Counted from the first letter of the whole stretch, positions 25,135 to 37,506 are shown. The stretch is 63,258 nt of DNA, filler included, from Octopus bimaculoides (GCF_001194135.2; 11 parts of 11 records of this genome joined end to end with filler, not necessarily neighbours in it), one strand, 5' to 3'. Numbers and translations are program-made. Notes: generated by a model not told the origin, from the sequence alone.

Positions 25135-25499
25135 CCTTTATTTGTTTCAATCATTTGACTGTGGCCATGCTGGAGCACTGCCTTTTAGTCAAACAGATCA
25201 ACCCTAGGACTTATTCTTTGTAAGCCTAGCACTTATTCTATCAGTCTCTTTTGCCAAACTGCTAAATTACAGGGACATAAACACACCAACATCAGTTGTC
25301 AAGCGATGATGGAGGGACAAACAGACACACAAACATATATGATAGGCATCTTTTAGCTTCTGTCTACCAAATCCACTCACAAGGCTTTGGTCGGCCTGAG
25401 GCTAAAGTAGAAGACACTTGGCCAGATACCACACAGTGGGACTGAACACAGAACTATGTGGTTGGTAAGCAAGCTACTTACCACACAGCCACTCCTGAC
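25135..25499 (-). mobile_element. SINE family B, near full length, CpG-decayed
   Basis: A box TGGCTGTGTGG (25481-25491), B-box-like GTTCAGTCCC, and a CORE-like CAAGTGTCTTC segment. Aligns to 37226-37391 and 49780-49978. Confidence 0.9.
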
Positions 25500-25629
25500 A
25501 TTGAATTTGAACTCAAAATGCAAAGACTGTTGGAATATGCAAGTCATCACCTGTGTGTGTGTGTGTAATATTTTGGGAGTGTCATTCAGACACTAAAACA
25601 CACACACACACACACATAATATGGAGACA

Positions 25630-25955
25630 ATGTGGCTGATGATGGTGTCATATAAATAGCACCTGTACTGGTGGCATGTAAAAAGCATATTTGAGCGCTG
25701 GGTCTCACAGAGGCAAGGATAAATGATTGAGACCTTTGGCAACATACTGTGCTTGAGAAGAAGACCCACGAAGCCAAGTGAAATTGTAGTTGTGGCAGAT
25801 ACTGGTGTCACTGGAATTGGCACATGAAAGCACCCATTACACTCTCGGAGTGGTTGGCATTAGGAAGGGCATCCAGCCATAGAAACCATGCCAAATCAGA
25901 CTGGAGTCTGGTGCAGCCCCTCAACTTACCAGCCCTGGTCAAACCTTCAAACCAG
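25630..25955 (+). mobile_element. Family C, second copy, 3'-truncated
   Basis: LGLTEARIND*DLWQHTVLEKKTHEAK* codons, then the GAGTGGTTGGCATTAGGAAGGGCATCCAG block shared with 24678-24968. Confidence 0.7.
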
Positions 25956-26859
25956 GCATGTGCCATCAGTAATTCCTCAGGGTAGGCAGTTGGTGAACTT
26001 TATGTAGTAAAACTCACAAAAAATAAGTAAAGCACAGGCACACGACNNNNNNNNNNNNNNNNNNNNNNNNNNNNNNNNNNNNNNNNNNNNNNNNNNNNNN
26101 NNNNNNNNNNNNNNNNNNNNNNNNNNNNNNNNNNNNNNNNNNNNNNNNNNNNNNNNNNNNNNNNNNNNNNNNNNNNNNNNNNNNNNNNNNNNNNNNNNNN
26201 NNNNNNNNNNNNNNNNNNNNNNNNNNNNNNNNNNNNNNNNNNNNNNNNNNNNNNNNNNNNNNNNNNNNNNNNNNNNNNNNNNNNNNNNNNNNNNNNNNNN
26301 NNNNNNNNNNNNNNNNNNNNNNNNNNNNNNNNNNNNNNNNNNNNNNNNNNNNNNNNNNNNNNNNNNNNNNNNNNNNNNNNNNNNNNNNNNNNNNNNNNNN
26401 NNNNNAACCACTGGGCCATTGCGCCTCCACCTTAAATACTGAGATTAAAAAGCAGGGGTGAATTATTCCTACCTAATCTACAAAACAATAAAATATTTTG
26501 CATTTTATACATAGTAATCAGTGTAATCTTCATAATTTTATTGAATTTGGTGCATATTTTGCCATAAAAGGAAAATGTTGCTATCAATCTATTTTATTCA
26601 AGGTAGGCACTTCCTACTCAGACAGCACGTCCCTGTGTCAAACTTATGCCAGCATGGACAAAGGACATAAACACTTCTAAGGGCCTAATGCCATCCCTAC
26701 CCCTTCCCAGGGTTTCTCGATCATATAGCGTATAAAAATGGTGTAGTGTATGCAGGTTGTAGGCTATTGTTTGTTAATGAATTCTGCCGAATGCAATCTT
26801 TCTTTTCAGGTACATGAAACTGCTGTCCCTCATCCCAGGGTCTCACAGGCCCACACCTC

Positions 26860-27173
26860 CCACACCTTCAGAGTTGGCACACTCAACGTCGGCACACTGA
26901 AAGGTAGGTCTGGAATGGAGACATGTAGATTTGTGCTGCATCCAAGAAGCAAGGTGGAGAGGAGGTTCCGCTAGGTTCCTCACAGGCAATGAACACAGGT
27001 ACAAGATTTTCTGGGCAGGGAACACTGAAGGGGTTGGGGGCGTGGGAATACTTCTTGCGGAGAAATGGGTTGATAAGGTAATCGAGGCAGTCATGTGGCT
27101 GAGTTTAGTGTCCNNNNNNNNNNGCGTGGGAATACTTCTTGCGGAGAAATGGGTTGATAAGGTAATCGAGGCA
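26860..27173 (+). mobile_element. RTE-clade LINE AP-endonuclease N-terminal fragment
   Basis: FRVGTLNVGTLKGRSG, a deletion, then (D)LCCIQEARWRGGSARFLTG...KIFWAGNTEGVGGVGILLAEKW. The last 74 bp are duplicated across a 10-N gap. Confidence 0.88.
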
Positions 27174-28295
27174 GTCATGTGGCTGAGTTTAGTGTCCATT
27201 GAAGGAAGGTTGGCATGGGTGCCAGTCAACGAATTTGGTTCAATTTTCGATTTCGATTTCACTTGCCTCAACAGGTCTTCGCAAGCAGGGTTTTGTGTCC
27301 AACGAAGGAAAGGTACCCATAAGTGGGCTGGCTACACCTCTGGTAAAGGCCACAGGTTATGGTCTCACTTGTCTTGCCAGGTCTTCTCACACACAGCATA
27401 TTTCCAAAGGTCTCGGTCACAAGTCATTGCCTAATGTTCGAAGGTCGTGCTTCACCACCTCATCCCAGGTGTTCCTGGGTCTACCTCTTCCACAGGTTCC
27501 CTCAACTGCTAGGGTGTGGCACTTTTTCACGCAGCTATCCTCATCCATTCTCGCCACATGACCATACCAGCGCAATCGTCTCTCTTGCACACCACAACTG
27601 ATGCTTTTTATGTTCAGTTTTTCTCTCAAGATACTTACACTCTGTTGGGTATGCACACTAACATTACACATCCATTGGAGCATACTGGCTTCATTCCTTG
27701 CGAGCATACGCATGTCCTCAGCAGTCATGGCCCGTGTTTTACTGCCATGTAGCATGGCTGTTCGTACACATGCATCATACAGTCTGCCTTTTACTCTGAG
27801 CGAGAGGCCCTTTGTCACCAGCAGAGGTAAGAGCTCTCTGAACTTTGCCCAGACTATTCTTATTCTAGCAGCTACACTTTCAGCGCACCCACCCCCACTA
27901 CTAACTTGGTTACCTAGGTAATGGAAGCTATCAACTACTTCTAGTTTTTCTCGCTGGAATGTGACAGAAGTTGTTTTCTGCACATTTTCAGTGTTTATTG
28001 CTCCTGAGCATCTGCCACATACAAAAACTAACTTCCTAGTTAGCCTTCCTTTGATATTGCTGCACCTCTTATGTGTCCATAGCTTACACTGGGTACATCT
28101 TATAGAGTTACTACCTACACCTTTTCTACAGATTGAGCAGGGCCATCTACCTGAAAAGGTTTGTGGTTTGTCTACCTTTCTACTTATTAGGACTTTAGGT
28201 TTAGCTAAGTTGAACCTAAGGCCCTTCGATTCTAGTCCCTGCTTCTACACCTGAAACTTCTCTAGTTCTGATAGTGACTCAGCAATTAGTGCAAG
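27174..28295 (-). mobile_element. RTE-clade LINE RT C-terminal half with an in-frame PHD finger and 3' UTR
   Basis: After a TAG at ~28245 the frame is open to 27417: GLRFNLAKPKVL, PHD, LEVVDSFHYLG, RRLRWYGHVARM, GRGRPRNTW. The 5' end is cut by a spacer. Confidence 0.92.
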
Positions 28296-28395
28296 NNNNN
28301 NNNNNNNNNNNNNNNNNNNNNNNNNNNNNNNNNNNNNNNTTAATTAATTAANNNNNNNNNNNNNNNNNNNNNNNNNNNNNNNNNNNNNNNNNNNN

Positions 28396-28429
<34 letters not shown>

Positions 28430-29209
28430 CAGACTTACCTGCATTTATTCTCCATTATGAGCTTATATGTCTGTATACACATTTAGTATAGAGATATAAA
28501 ATGACCATGTGCGCTGTTCTTGCCGATATTGCTCCAGACCCTAAACCCCAGGTCAGCCTCGATCGAGCAAATTTATTAGAATCTCATTCTAGCCATACCC
28601 ATCTTGTCTTCTTCTTTTTTCTTTCTCTATTATTATTTTTTTTTTTTTCAATCTCAGTAATCCTAGGACATCCAACGCGTCCTCATAATTTTTTTAGAAC
28701 ATAATACATGATACGCAAATAATTTTAACTGTCACTTCTAGCAGGTCGCGGAACAGCAAACTGGCTCAGTGGACGACATGCATGTCACGTGTTGAAATTG
28801 TTTAGCCTCGGTTACCTTTGATCCAGCAGAGCAAAGATCAAATGGATTCCAACAATGACCATCCAGTTTAGAGTTTTAGAGTTACGTTTTGCGCGTATTT
28901 TTACTTCTGGTTATGGTACAATTTTAAAGAAATTTCGCTGTTATTTCTAAACAATCAAGCAGCAACGTGAATGTCCCATCTTTCAATCGGTGGTTTTTCT
29001 AGATACTATATATGGAAAGGTTTGTCTCTATACGACGATATTTGCATTTCGTATGCATATACCCAATAAAGAATAAACCGCTATACATATCGCATGCACA
29101 CATAATGATAACCATACATGCATATGCATACTAACATACATATATATGTGTATGTGCAATTGCGTGTGTGTGTATGCATTACGATATTATTATGCAATAC
29201 TATATATAC

Positions 29210-29352
29210 TTAGCGATTCGGCAAAAGTGAATTGATAGAACAAATACCAGGCTTACAAAGAATAAGTCCTGGGGTCAGTTTCTTCGACTAAAGATGGTGC
29301 TCCAGCATGGCCGCAGTCAAATGACTAAAACAAGTAAAAGAATACTATTGTG

Positions 29353-29393
<41 letters not shown>

Positions 29394-29397
29394 TGTG

Positions 29398-29448
<51 letters not shown>

Positions 29449-29530
29449 GCGCAGACGTGGCTGTATGGTAAGAAGCTTTCTACTGCAGCCTTGAGCTGCC
29501 GACCAAAGCCTTGTGAGTAGATTTGGTTAA
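29210..29530 (+). mobile_element. Two family-B SINE fragments: tail at 29210-29343 and internally deleted head at 29448-29530
   Basis: GCTCCAGCATGGCCGCAGTCAAATGACTAAAACAAGTAAAAG tail. GGCGCAGACGTGGCTGTATGGTAAG head fused to CCGACCAAAGCCTTGTGAG. Confidence 0.75.
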
Positions 29531-30398
29531 NNNNNNNNNNNNNNNNNNNNNNNNNNNNNNNNNNNNNNNNNNNNNNNNNNNNNNNNNNNNNNNNNNNNNN
29601 NNNNNNNNNNNNNNNNNNNNNNNNNNNNNNNNNNNNNNNNNNNNNNNNNNNNNNNNNNNNNNNNNNNNNNNNNNNNNNNNNNNNNNNNNNNNNNNNNNNN
29701 NNNNNNNNNNNNNNNNNNNNNNNNNNNNNNNNNNNNNNNNNNNNNNNNNNNNNNNNNNNNNNNNNNNNNNNNNNNNNNNNNNNNNNNNNNNNNNNNNNNN
29801 NNNNNNNNNNNNNNNNNNNNNNNNNNNNNNNNNNNNNNNNNNNNNNNNNNNNNNNNNNNNNNNNNNNNNNNNNNNNNNNNNNNNNNNNNNNNNNNNNNNN
29901 NNNNNNNNNNNNNNNNNNNNNNNNNNNNNNNNNNNNNNNNNNNNNNNNNNNNNNNNNNNNNNNNNNNNNNNNNNNNNNNNNNNNNNNNNNNNNNNNNNNN
30001 NNNNNNNNNNNNNNNNNNNNNNNNNNNNNNNNNNNNNNNNNNNNNNNNNNNNNNNNNNNNNNNNNNNNNNNNNNNNNNNNNNNNNNNNNNNNNNNNNNNN
30101 NNNNNNNNNNNNNNNNNNNNNNNNNNNNNNNNNNNNNNNNNNNNNNNNNNNNNNNNNNNNNNNNNNNNNNNNNNNNNNNNNNNNNNNNNNNNNNNNNNNN
30201 NNNNNNNNNNNNNNNNNNNNNNNNNNNNNNNNNNNNNNNNNNNNNNNNNNNNNNNNNNNNNNNNNNNNNNNNNNNNNNNNNNNNNNNNNNNNNNNNNNNN
30301 NNNNNNNNNNNNNNNNNNNNNNNNNNNNNNNNNNNNNNNNNNNNNNNNNNNNNNNNNNNNNNNNNNNNNNNNNNNNNNNNNNNNNNNNNNNNNNNNNN

Positions 30399-30431
<33 letters not shown>

Positions 30432-30581
30432 TAATATAGATAGATAATGCATTTATATGAATATGCTTATGTGAATATGCTTAAATCAGGATATGTGTAC
30501 AAACACACAAAATTCCTAAATACATGCATTTATACATACTATATTGCAACTGTTACAATTTTAATGTGTATATTGAGTACA

Positions 30582-30583
30582 TG

Positions 30584-30630
<47 letters not shown>

Positions 30631-30643
30631 CATTATTATTATT

Positions 30644-30720
<77 letters not shown>

Positions 30721-30724
30721 CATT
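30582..30724 (+). repeat. Compound (ATT)n/(ATC)n microsatellite
   Basis: Directly visible. It produces the poly-I, poly-M and poly-N/D ORFs in the track. Confidence 0.95.
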
Positions 30725-30980
30725 ATGCTCGTGAATGTTAGTACCAGACGCACACGAATAGTCGTGCGTAAATTTATGTATGCGTGCATATGTGTTTGTG
30801 GGTGTTAGCGTGCGCGCGCTTGTGTGTGTGTTTGTATGAGTGAGGGAGTGAATGTGTCTGTACACACACAAATCGAATATGTGCCATGTCTATTGCATAT
30901 TGAAGTATACAACGATTATATACCAAAGCCTTGTGAGTGGACTTGGTAGACAGAAACTGATAGAAGACCGTCGTATATAT

Positions 30981-31031
<51 letters not shown>

Positions 31032-31225
31032 NNNNNNNNNNNNNNNNNNNNNNNNNNNNNNNNNNNNNNNNNNNNTTAATTAATTAANNNNNNNNNNNNN
31101 NNNNNNNNNNNNNNNNNNNNNNNNNNNNNNNGACCACTGAAAGAAGGATCGATTATTTATCTTCCTAGAATTCAGTCCGAGACGTTAATGGAATTATAAC
31201 AGAAAAGATTCACACTCGTACACGA

Positions 31226-31256
<31 letters not shown>

Positions 31257-31267
31257 GCTTTGTAATT

Positions 31268-31470
31268 TTTGGCACAGGGATTGAAATTTTAGGGGAAAGG
31301 GACTAGTTGATTCCATCGACCCATCTGGTACTTATTTTATCAATCCCCGAAAGGATGAAAAGGTAAATTTGACCTTGTTGTTATTTGAACTCAAAACGTA
31401 AAGAACAGGAACACATGCGGTTAATAATTTTTTGTCCGACGCGCTAACGATTCTACCAGCTCGTCGCCTT
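31268..31470 (-). mobile_element. SINE family A, diverged copy
   Basis: CCCCGAAAGGATGAAAAGG core and CTAACGATTCTACCAGCTCGTCGCC head on the plus-strand reading. Confidence 0.8.
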
Positions 31471-33265
31471 TATAATGAATGATAATAATAATAATAATAA
31501 TAATAGTAATCATATTTTAAAAACAAAAACAATGCTTTTCAATTTATTTTGTGTAATTCAGCATATTCACAAGAAAATATTAATTTCACACATTAAAAAA
31601 AAGATCTTTAGGAAACACTAACAAGAGAATAGTGTGTGTGTGCAATGGACCACAGCCATACTGGTGCCTGCCTTTGTTAGCTAGATCAAGTCCATTTGTG
31701 TTCGAATCCCAGCATCTACCTCTTCTGCCTGCCTCGCTCCCTGTTCCGTGTTCAAATCCTGTTTAGGAGAATTAAAACTGAAGTATACTGGTGTATAGAC
31801 ATTGTGAAGCCCAGTTAATACCCGTCTAGTATCGTTATGGCTTTGTGTCCATGGTTCAGGAAAGCGTCCCCACAACATCCTACCCAGAATTTTTAATTAA
31901 TAAGTCCCCGACTACTGTTGCTTTCAAACATTACAGGTTCACCTAACCAGATACCAGTAACATACTCAGGGAGGATTAAATCCAACGTGCTCCTTTTTAT
32001 TACGACCGTGTGCCTATGCTTTGGCAGTGGCAGACTTAATACAGCAATAAACAACGGAAGTACCGTGTTCAAATTGTGGCGAGGTCTAAGGTTGATATTT
32101 TCCCCCCTGCACCCATTGTGTTAGCAATCATGTTTTTTTCAATTATTAGGATCGATTCCAAGCTCCAATATAATATTGGGGTTTTACATTTTCCTTGATA
32201 CTGGAACGACACAATGATAAAGTTGACCTCGGTGGGATTAAAAATGTCTTACGGAACTTAGTCCGGATTCTCTTACGTTGTGAATTCAAATCCTGCTGAA
32301 GTCAGCTTTCAATTTTTCGGATTTGATAATTGAAAATACCAGTCAAGCACCGGATATGGGGGAGTCAATGATATCAACTAATTCCTTCCCCTAAAATTTG
32401 CTGGAGTCTTTGCCATAAATTATTATTATTGTTATTAGCATTATTATTATTATTATTATTATTATTCCGTTGAGGTCGACTTCGCCTTTCATCCTTTCGG
32501 GGTCGTTAGAAGAAATACCAGCTGAGCACTGGGGGGGGTCGATGAAATAGACTAGGCACCACCACCACTACCCCTTTTCACCTCTCAAAATTTCCAGGCT
32601 TTTTGCGTTAACGTAGAAAGAAGAATTGGTACTGTTAGTAGGGCGGTGGATTGAAACAGAGACTCGATATGTGATCTACCTAGCAGCTTGTAACTTCGTC
32701 ACTAGCCTAGCGCCCTTCAGAAGCAAAAAAAAAAAAACAACAGAACAAAACAAAAACATGAACATCACAACGCGTCATTCTGACAAAATATGAAATTACA
32801 ATGAGCCATTACCATTAGGTGGGTCACTGGAGATTTTAGAAATATCAGTCAAAAAAATTCGTTCGTATCACACACCCACTTTATAAAAAGAAAAAGGACG
32901 TGAAGGATATTGTAGAACTAAATATACATTACGTTTAGGGAAGAAAAAAAACAAGCGAGACGGTCATGGTTGGTTAGAATAGATTTGATCATGCGTCTTC
33001 TAGGTCAGTGCCAGCAGAGGGCTAAACTACAATTATAGAAAGGGAGTCGATATGGGAGGGGAACTCCTATCACTACGATCGTCATCGTAAGGTTATCTTA
33101 CATGGTAAGGACAGGAATAGCACCTTCGGTTTTAAATATTGCAAACCCTCCTCCTCACATCAAGGACAAAAAAGCGACTCCAGATGTCCCGGTTCCAAGA
33201 GGCGGAAACGAGATCCAGGTATCACATTTCAACAAACACCCTCAACAACACACGCCCTATTACGC

Positions 33266-33305
<40 letters not shown>

Positions 33306-33475
33306 NNNNNNNNNNNNNNNNNNNNNNNNNNNNNNNNNNNNNNNNNNNNTTAATTAATTAANNNNNNNNNNNNNNNNNNNNNNNNNNNNNNNNNNNNNNN
33401 NNNNNATATATATACCCTCTCTCTATATCTCGCACTGTCTTTCACTAGTCATGTATATATATTTCTCTCTCTGTC

Positions 33476-33515
<40 letters not shown>

Positions 33516-34579
33516 GAACAACTGTGTTTTTTTTTATCCGTTATTGCAATACGCAGATTAACGTTTAGCGCATGTCCTTGAGAAAGATATCCGTGCCTTA
33601 ATAACCCCTTTTTGACTTTTCCTTTAATCACTTCAGATTAATTCATTCTTTCATTGGGAAGCAAATTTAATATGATTCGACTTCAGTGCATGACTGATAC
33701 TTATTTCATTAATCCTAATCCTATCTTATACTCTTTAAGACACGATGTATAAACTGTAATGAGCCAGAGATGAAACCACTATGTGGCCACTCAGATATAC
33801 TAGAAATAGCAGTCAAATTCCCCCCCCCCCTCAGATCACATTTTACCGTCTCCTGTTATGTTTCGAATTATGTAGTTTGAGATATGTTATGTCTAAAAGC
33901 AGAATGACTGGAGGCGGGCAGGTATCTTCTATTATAGTTCCGAGCCGACCAATACCTTGCTAATGTAGCAGACGGAAACTGTGTGCAAGCCCGTTGTATA
34001 TATATACATATATATGTATATGTATATATATGTATATGTATATATATGTATATGTATATATATATATATGTGTGTTTGTGTGTTTGGGATATAGTAGAAA
34101 GCACCTGCCCAAGGTGCCGCGTTGTGGAATCGAACCGGAAGCCATGTGGTTACAAAGCGAGCTTCTTAAGCATGACTACGCAGCCATGCTTGTACTACTT
34201 GTACAAAGGTTTTGAGTTTGAATCCAGTCCAGGATTATATATAAATCTAGGAATAAGACACCTGTTGATAATGACTATGGATTAGGACAAACGAATCTTG
34301 GCGTAGATGGAAATATTTAGGCCTTTTTTAATCTCTGAATCTGTAGTTCATAGTTCGAATAATTCTAATCGTATCGCTATGTTACCCTTTAGCATTTAAA
34401 CAGGTCAATTAAGTCTTAAATATTCTACCTGTCTAATGTTCAAACCGGCCTGATCCAACCTGTCACACCTACCCTACAATGTAATTCTAACGATAAGCAA
34501 TTATGTCATCGAAACATCAAAGCTACGAGATAATGCAGAACAGAGAAGTATTTCATTTGACAGATTAATCTGAATGCTA

Positions 34580-34996
34580 TTCCGCCGAGGTCGATTTTGC
34601 CTTTCATCTTTTCGGGATCGATAAATAAAGTACCAGTTGCATACTGGGATCAATCTAATCGATTGGTCCCCTCCCTCAAAATTTCGGGCCTTGTGCCTAG
34701 AGCAGAAAAGAATAATCTGAATGCTAAAGGGTTAGGAGAAGTGAGTTAAAATTAGTTCTCAACAACCGCCCTCACTGCTTTGTGATATTCTTGCTAATTC
34801 TGGGGTAAGGCCAGCAATTTTAGGGGAGGAGCAAGTCGATTACATCGACCCCTGTATTTGGCTGGTAGTATATTTCATCGAATCCGAAAGGATGAAAGGC
34901 AAAGTTGACTTCGGCGTATTCGAACTCAGAACATAAAGAGCTGGAGGAAATGGTGTTAAGCAGTTTGTGCTAACGATTCTCCCAGCTCGCCATCCT
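34580..34996. mobile_element. Tail-to-tail pair of family-A SINEs: 34580-34713 (+, headless) and 34798-34996 (-)
   Basis: The family-A core appears in both orientations about 200 bp apart. Confidence 0.8.
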
Positions 34997-35618
34997 ATAC
35001 TGCCTTCAATATGACATTATTGTCAGCAAAACCATTACTGACTTTGAAATAAAAGCCAACATTTAGTGACGTCTATATTTCTGCCTTTCGGTTGTAAATT
35101 GCGAATAAGCCACCTTCACTCTCTCTCTCTCTCTCTCTCTNNNNNNNNNNNNNNNNNNNNNNNNNNNNNNNNNNNNNNNNNNNNNNNNNNNNNNNNNNNN
35201 NNNNNNNNNNNNNNNNNNNNNNNNNNNNNNNNNNNNNNNNNNNNNNNNNNNNNNNNNNNNNNNNNNNNNNNNNNNNNNNNNNNNNNNNNNNNNNNNNNNN
35301 NNNNNNNNNNNNNNNNNNNNNNNNNNNNNNNNNNNNNNNNNNNNNNNNNNNNNNNNNNNNNNNNNNNNNNNNNNNNNNNNNNNNNNNNNNNNNNNNNNNN
35401 NNNNNNNNNNNNNNNNNNNNNNNNNNNNNNNNNNNNNNNNNNNNNNNNNNNNNNNNNNNNNNNNNNNNNNNNNNNNNNNNNNNNNNNNNNNNNNNNNNNN
35501 NNNNNNNNNNNNNNNNNNNNNNNNNNNNNNNNNNNNNNNNNNNNNNNNNNNNNNNNNNNNNNNNNNNNNNNNNNNNNNNNNNNNNNNNNNNNNNNNNNNN
35601 NNNNNNNNNNNNNNNNNN

Positions 35619-35654
<36 letters not shown>

Positions 35655-36249
35655 GAGGGTAGAGACAGAGAGGGGGAATGTGTAAAAGGCTGAGATAGAC
35701 CGAAGTAGGTATATTTGTTCGTTGTTAAGTGGTTTCGTTGGAAACTGATTTTGGCAGTGTCACAATGGCGACTACCATTATTTATTTTAAAATATCGCTT
35801 TCTTATTATTCGTAAGAATATCTCATTGCAGTTGAATAAAAATTTAAATAAACACTTACATATATGTAGTCCATCAACGAAGTCAAGTTTGATATGACAG
35901 ATTTTAATGCTACTCTAATTATCATAATTTACTTTACTTAAGACTTAGGTTTTTAGCATAAAATAGAATCTGGTTAAAATTTTATCAAAAAAATATTCAA
36001 AACGAATTCTTATTTTACTTTTATTGCACATGGCTCTGTCAAATAACTTGAAAAATTAGCTGACTTTCCAATTTCGAAAAAGTGCACTCCAATATGTTAA
36101 TATAATGCTGCGTAGATGTATCTATAGGTTTTATAGATGATTCAGAGCGAAAATGAATAATTCCTGTTTTCCGTGACAATGATGGCGGTTGTGGTAGCGT
36201 TATTGAAACGACGGCGAAAAATATAACTCTTTTTATCGTTGTCTTATAT

Positions 36250-36535
36250 TTGTTTCAGTCAATGGACTGCAGCCATGCTGGGACACCGCCTTGAAGGCTT
36301 TAGTCGAATTGATTGACATCAGGACATATTGGATCGGTCTCGAGTACTAATTCGATCAGTTTCTCTTGTTGAACCGCTAACAAGCTAACGTAAACAGACT
36401 AACTCCAGTTGCCAAGCGTTGGTGGGGACAAACACAAATAAAAAAAACACACACACAAACATATATATATATAGCATTCTACTATAGTAGAAGACACTTG
36501 CTCAAGATGCCGCGCAATGGGATTGAACTCGAAGG
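36250..36535 (-). mobile_element. SINE family B, diverged, internally deleted
   Basis: GACTGCAGCCATGCTGGGACACCGCC tail and GTAGAAGACACTTGCTCAAGATGCCGCGCAATGGGATTGAAC head segment. Confidence 0.75.
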
Positions 36536-37096
36536 TATATAACTTCCTTTTTACTTAAAAAAATTGTCTGTTTTAGCACATCGGAAGATTGAACTTGAGC
36601 ATTGTCTACACAAATTTCACCCCCACCACAAAAAAAAAAAAAATGCCTTTAACTATTTCTGACAGATTTTTTTGCTTATTCATTGTTGGTGCTGATCGCC
36701 ATGAATGATTACTGATGGCAGAAGTTGTGATAAGAGAGGTGGATACAACGGCAGCCATTGTTCTCCGCTTCGTATGTTGTCTGTTCATGATAATTATTTT
36801 GTAACGAAGACGAATAAGTCAAGTGGAATATCTACAGTTGACGAATTTGCAGTACAAACTGATTCTTCATTGCATCTTTTCTTAGAAGACAGCAACATCA
36901 ACAATTTACTCGCCACAACTGACCTTGGACTACACGACGACAACAATATAATTAGGCAAAGCTTCAATAACAAACAACCATTTCTTTTATGTCTGCTCCC
37001 TGTTCGTGACAAATACGAAAGACACAATACAACAGACTTTATCAACAGACATTATCAAAACATTATTAGTTACTGTATCCCCTTCTGCTACCAAAA

Positions 37097-37461
37097 TGGC
37101 GGCGAGCTGGCAGAATGACAGGATCGTTAGAACACCGGACAGAATAATTAGCGGTATTTCGTCCGTTTTTACGTTTTGAGTAAATATTCCGCTGAGGTCG
37201 AATTTGCCTTTCATCCTTTCGGGGTTACTCTTTTACTCATTTATTTGTCTCAGTCACCTCACTGCGGCCGTGCTGGAGCACCGCATTTAGTCGAATTGAT
37301 AGACCCCAGGACTTATTCTTTGTAAGCCTAGTACTTATTCTATCGGTCGCTTTTGCCGAACCGCTAAGTTACGGGGACGTTACGGGGACGTTGCGTACTG
37401 TGATCGATCTGATTGACTGGCCCTCTATCCCAAAATTTCGAGCTTTGTGTCTAGCGTATAA

Positions 37462-37466
<5 letters not shown>
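37097..37466. mobile_element. Family-A SINE (+) interrupted by a family-B SINE 3' half (-)
   Basis: A head and core at ~37097-37224, B fragment at 37226-37391, and the A tail resumes at 37392 (TGCGTACTG). An 11-bp tandem duplicate TACGGGGACGT sits at the junction. Confidence 0.85.

Positions 37467-37506
<40 letters not shown>

Noticed and set aside
27040-27197. 74-bp direct repeat
   Set aside because: It is an exact copy on either side of a 10-N gap, typical of an unmerged contig overlap.
33011-33022. CTCF-like CCAGCAGAGGGC
   Set aside because: The 3' flank mismatches the consensus, and it lies in a degenerate dispersed repeat (related pieces near 28540 and 28800).
36705-37118. 137-aa ORF
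   Set aside because: It is biased toward ACA/AAC-rich decayed simple sequence, runs into a SINE head and has no domain.
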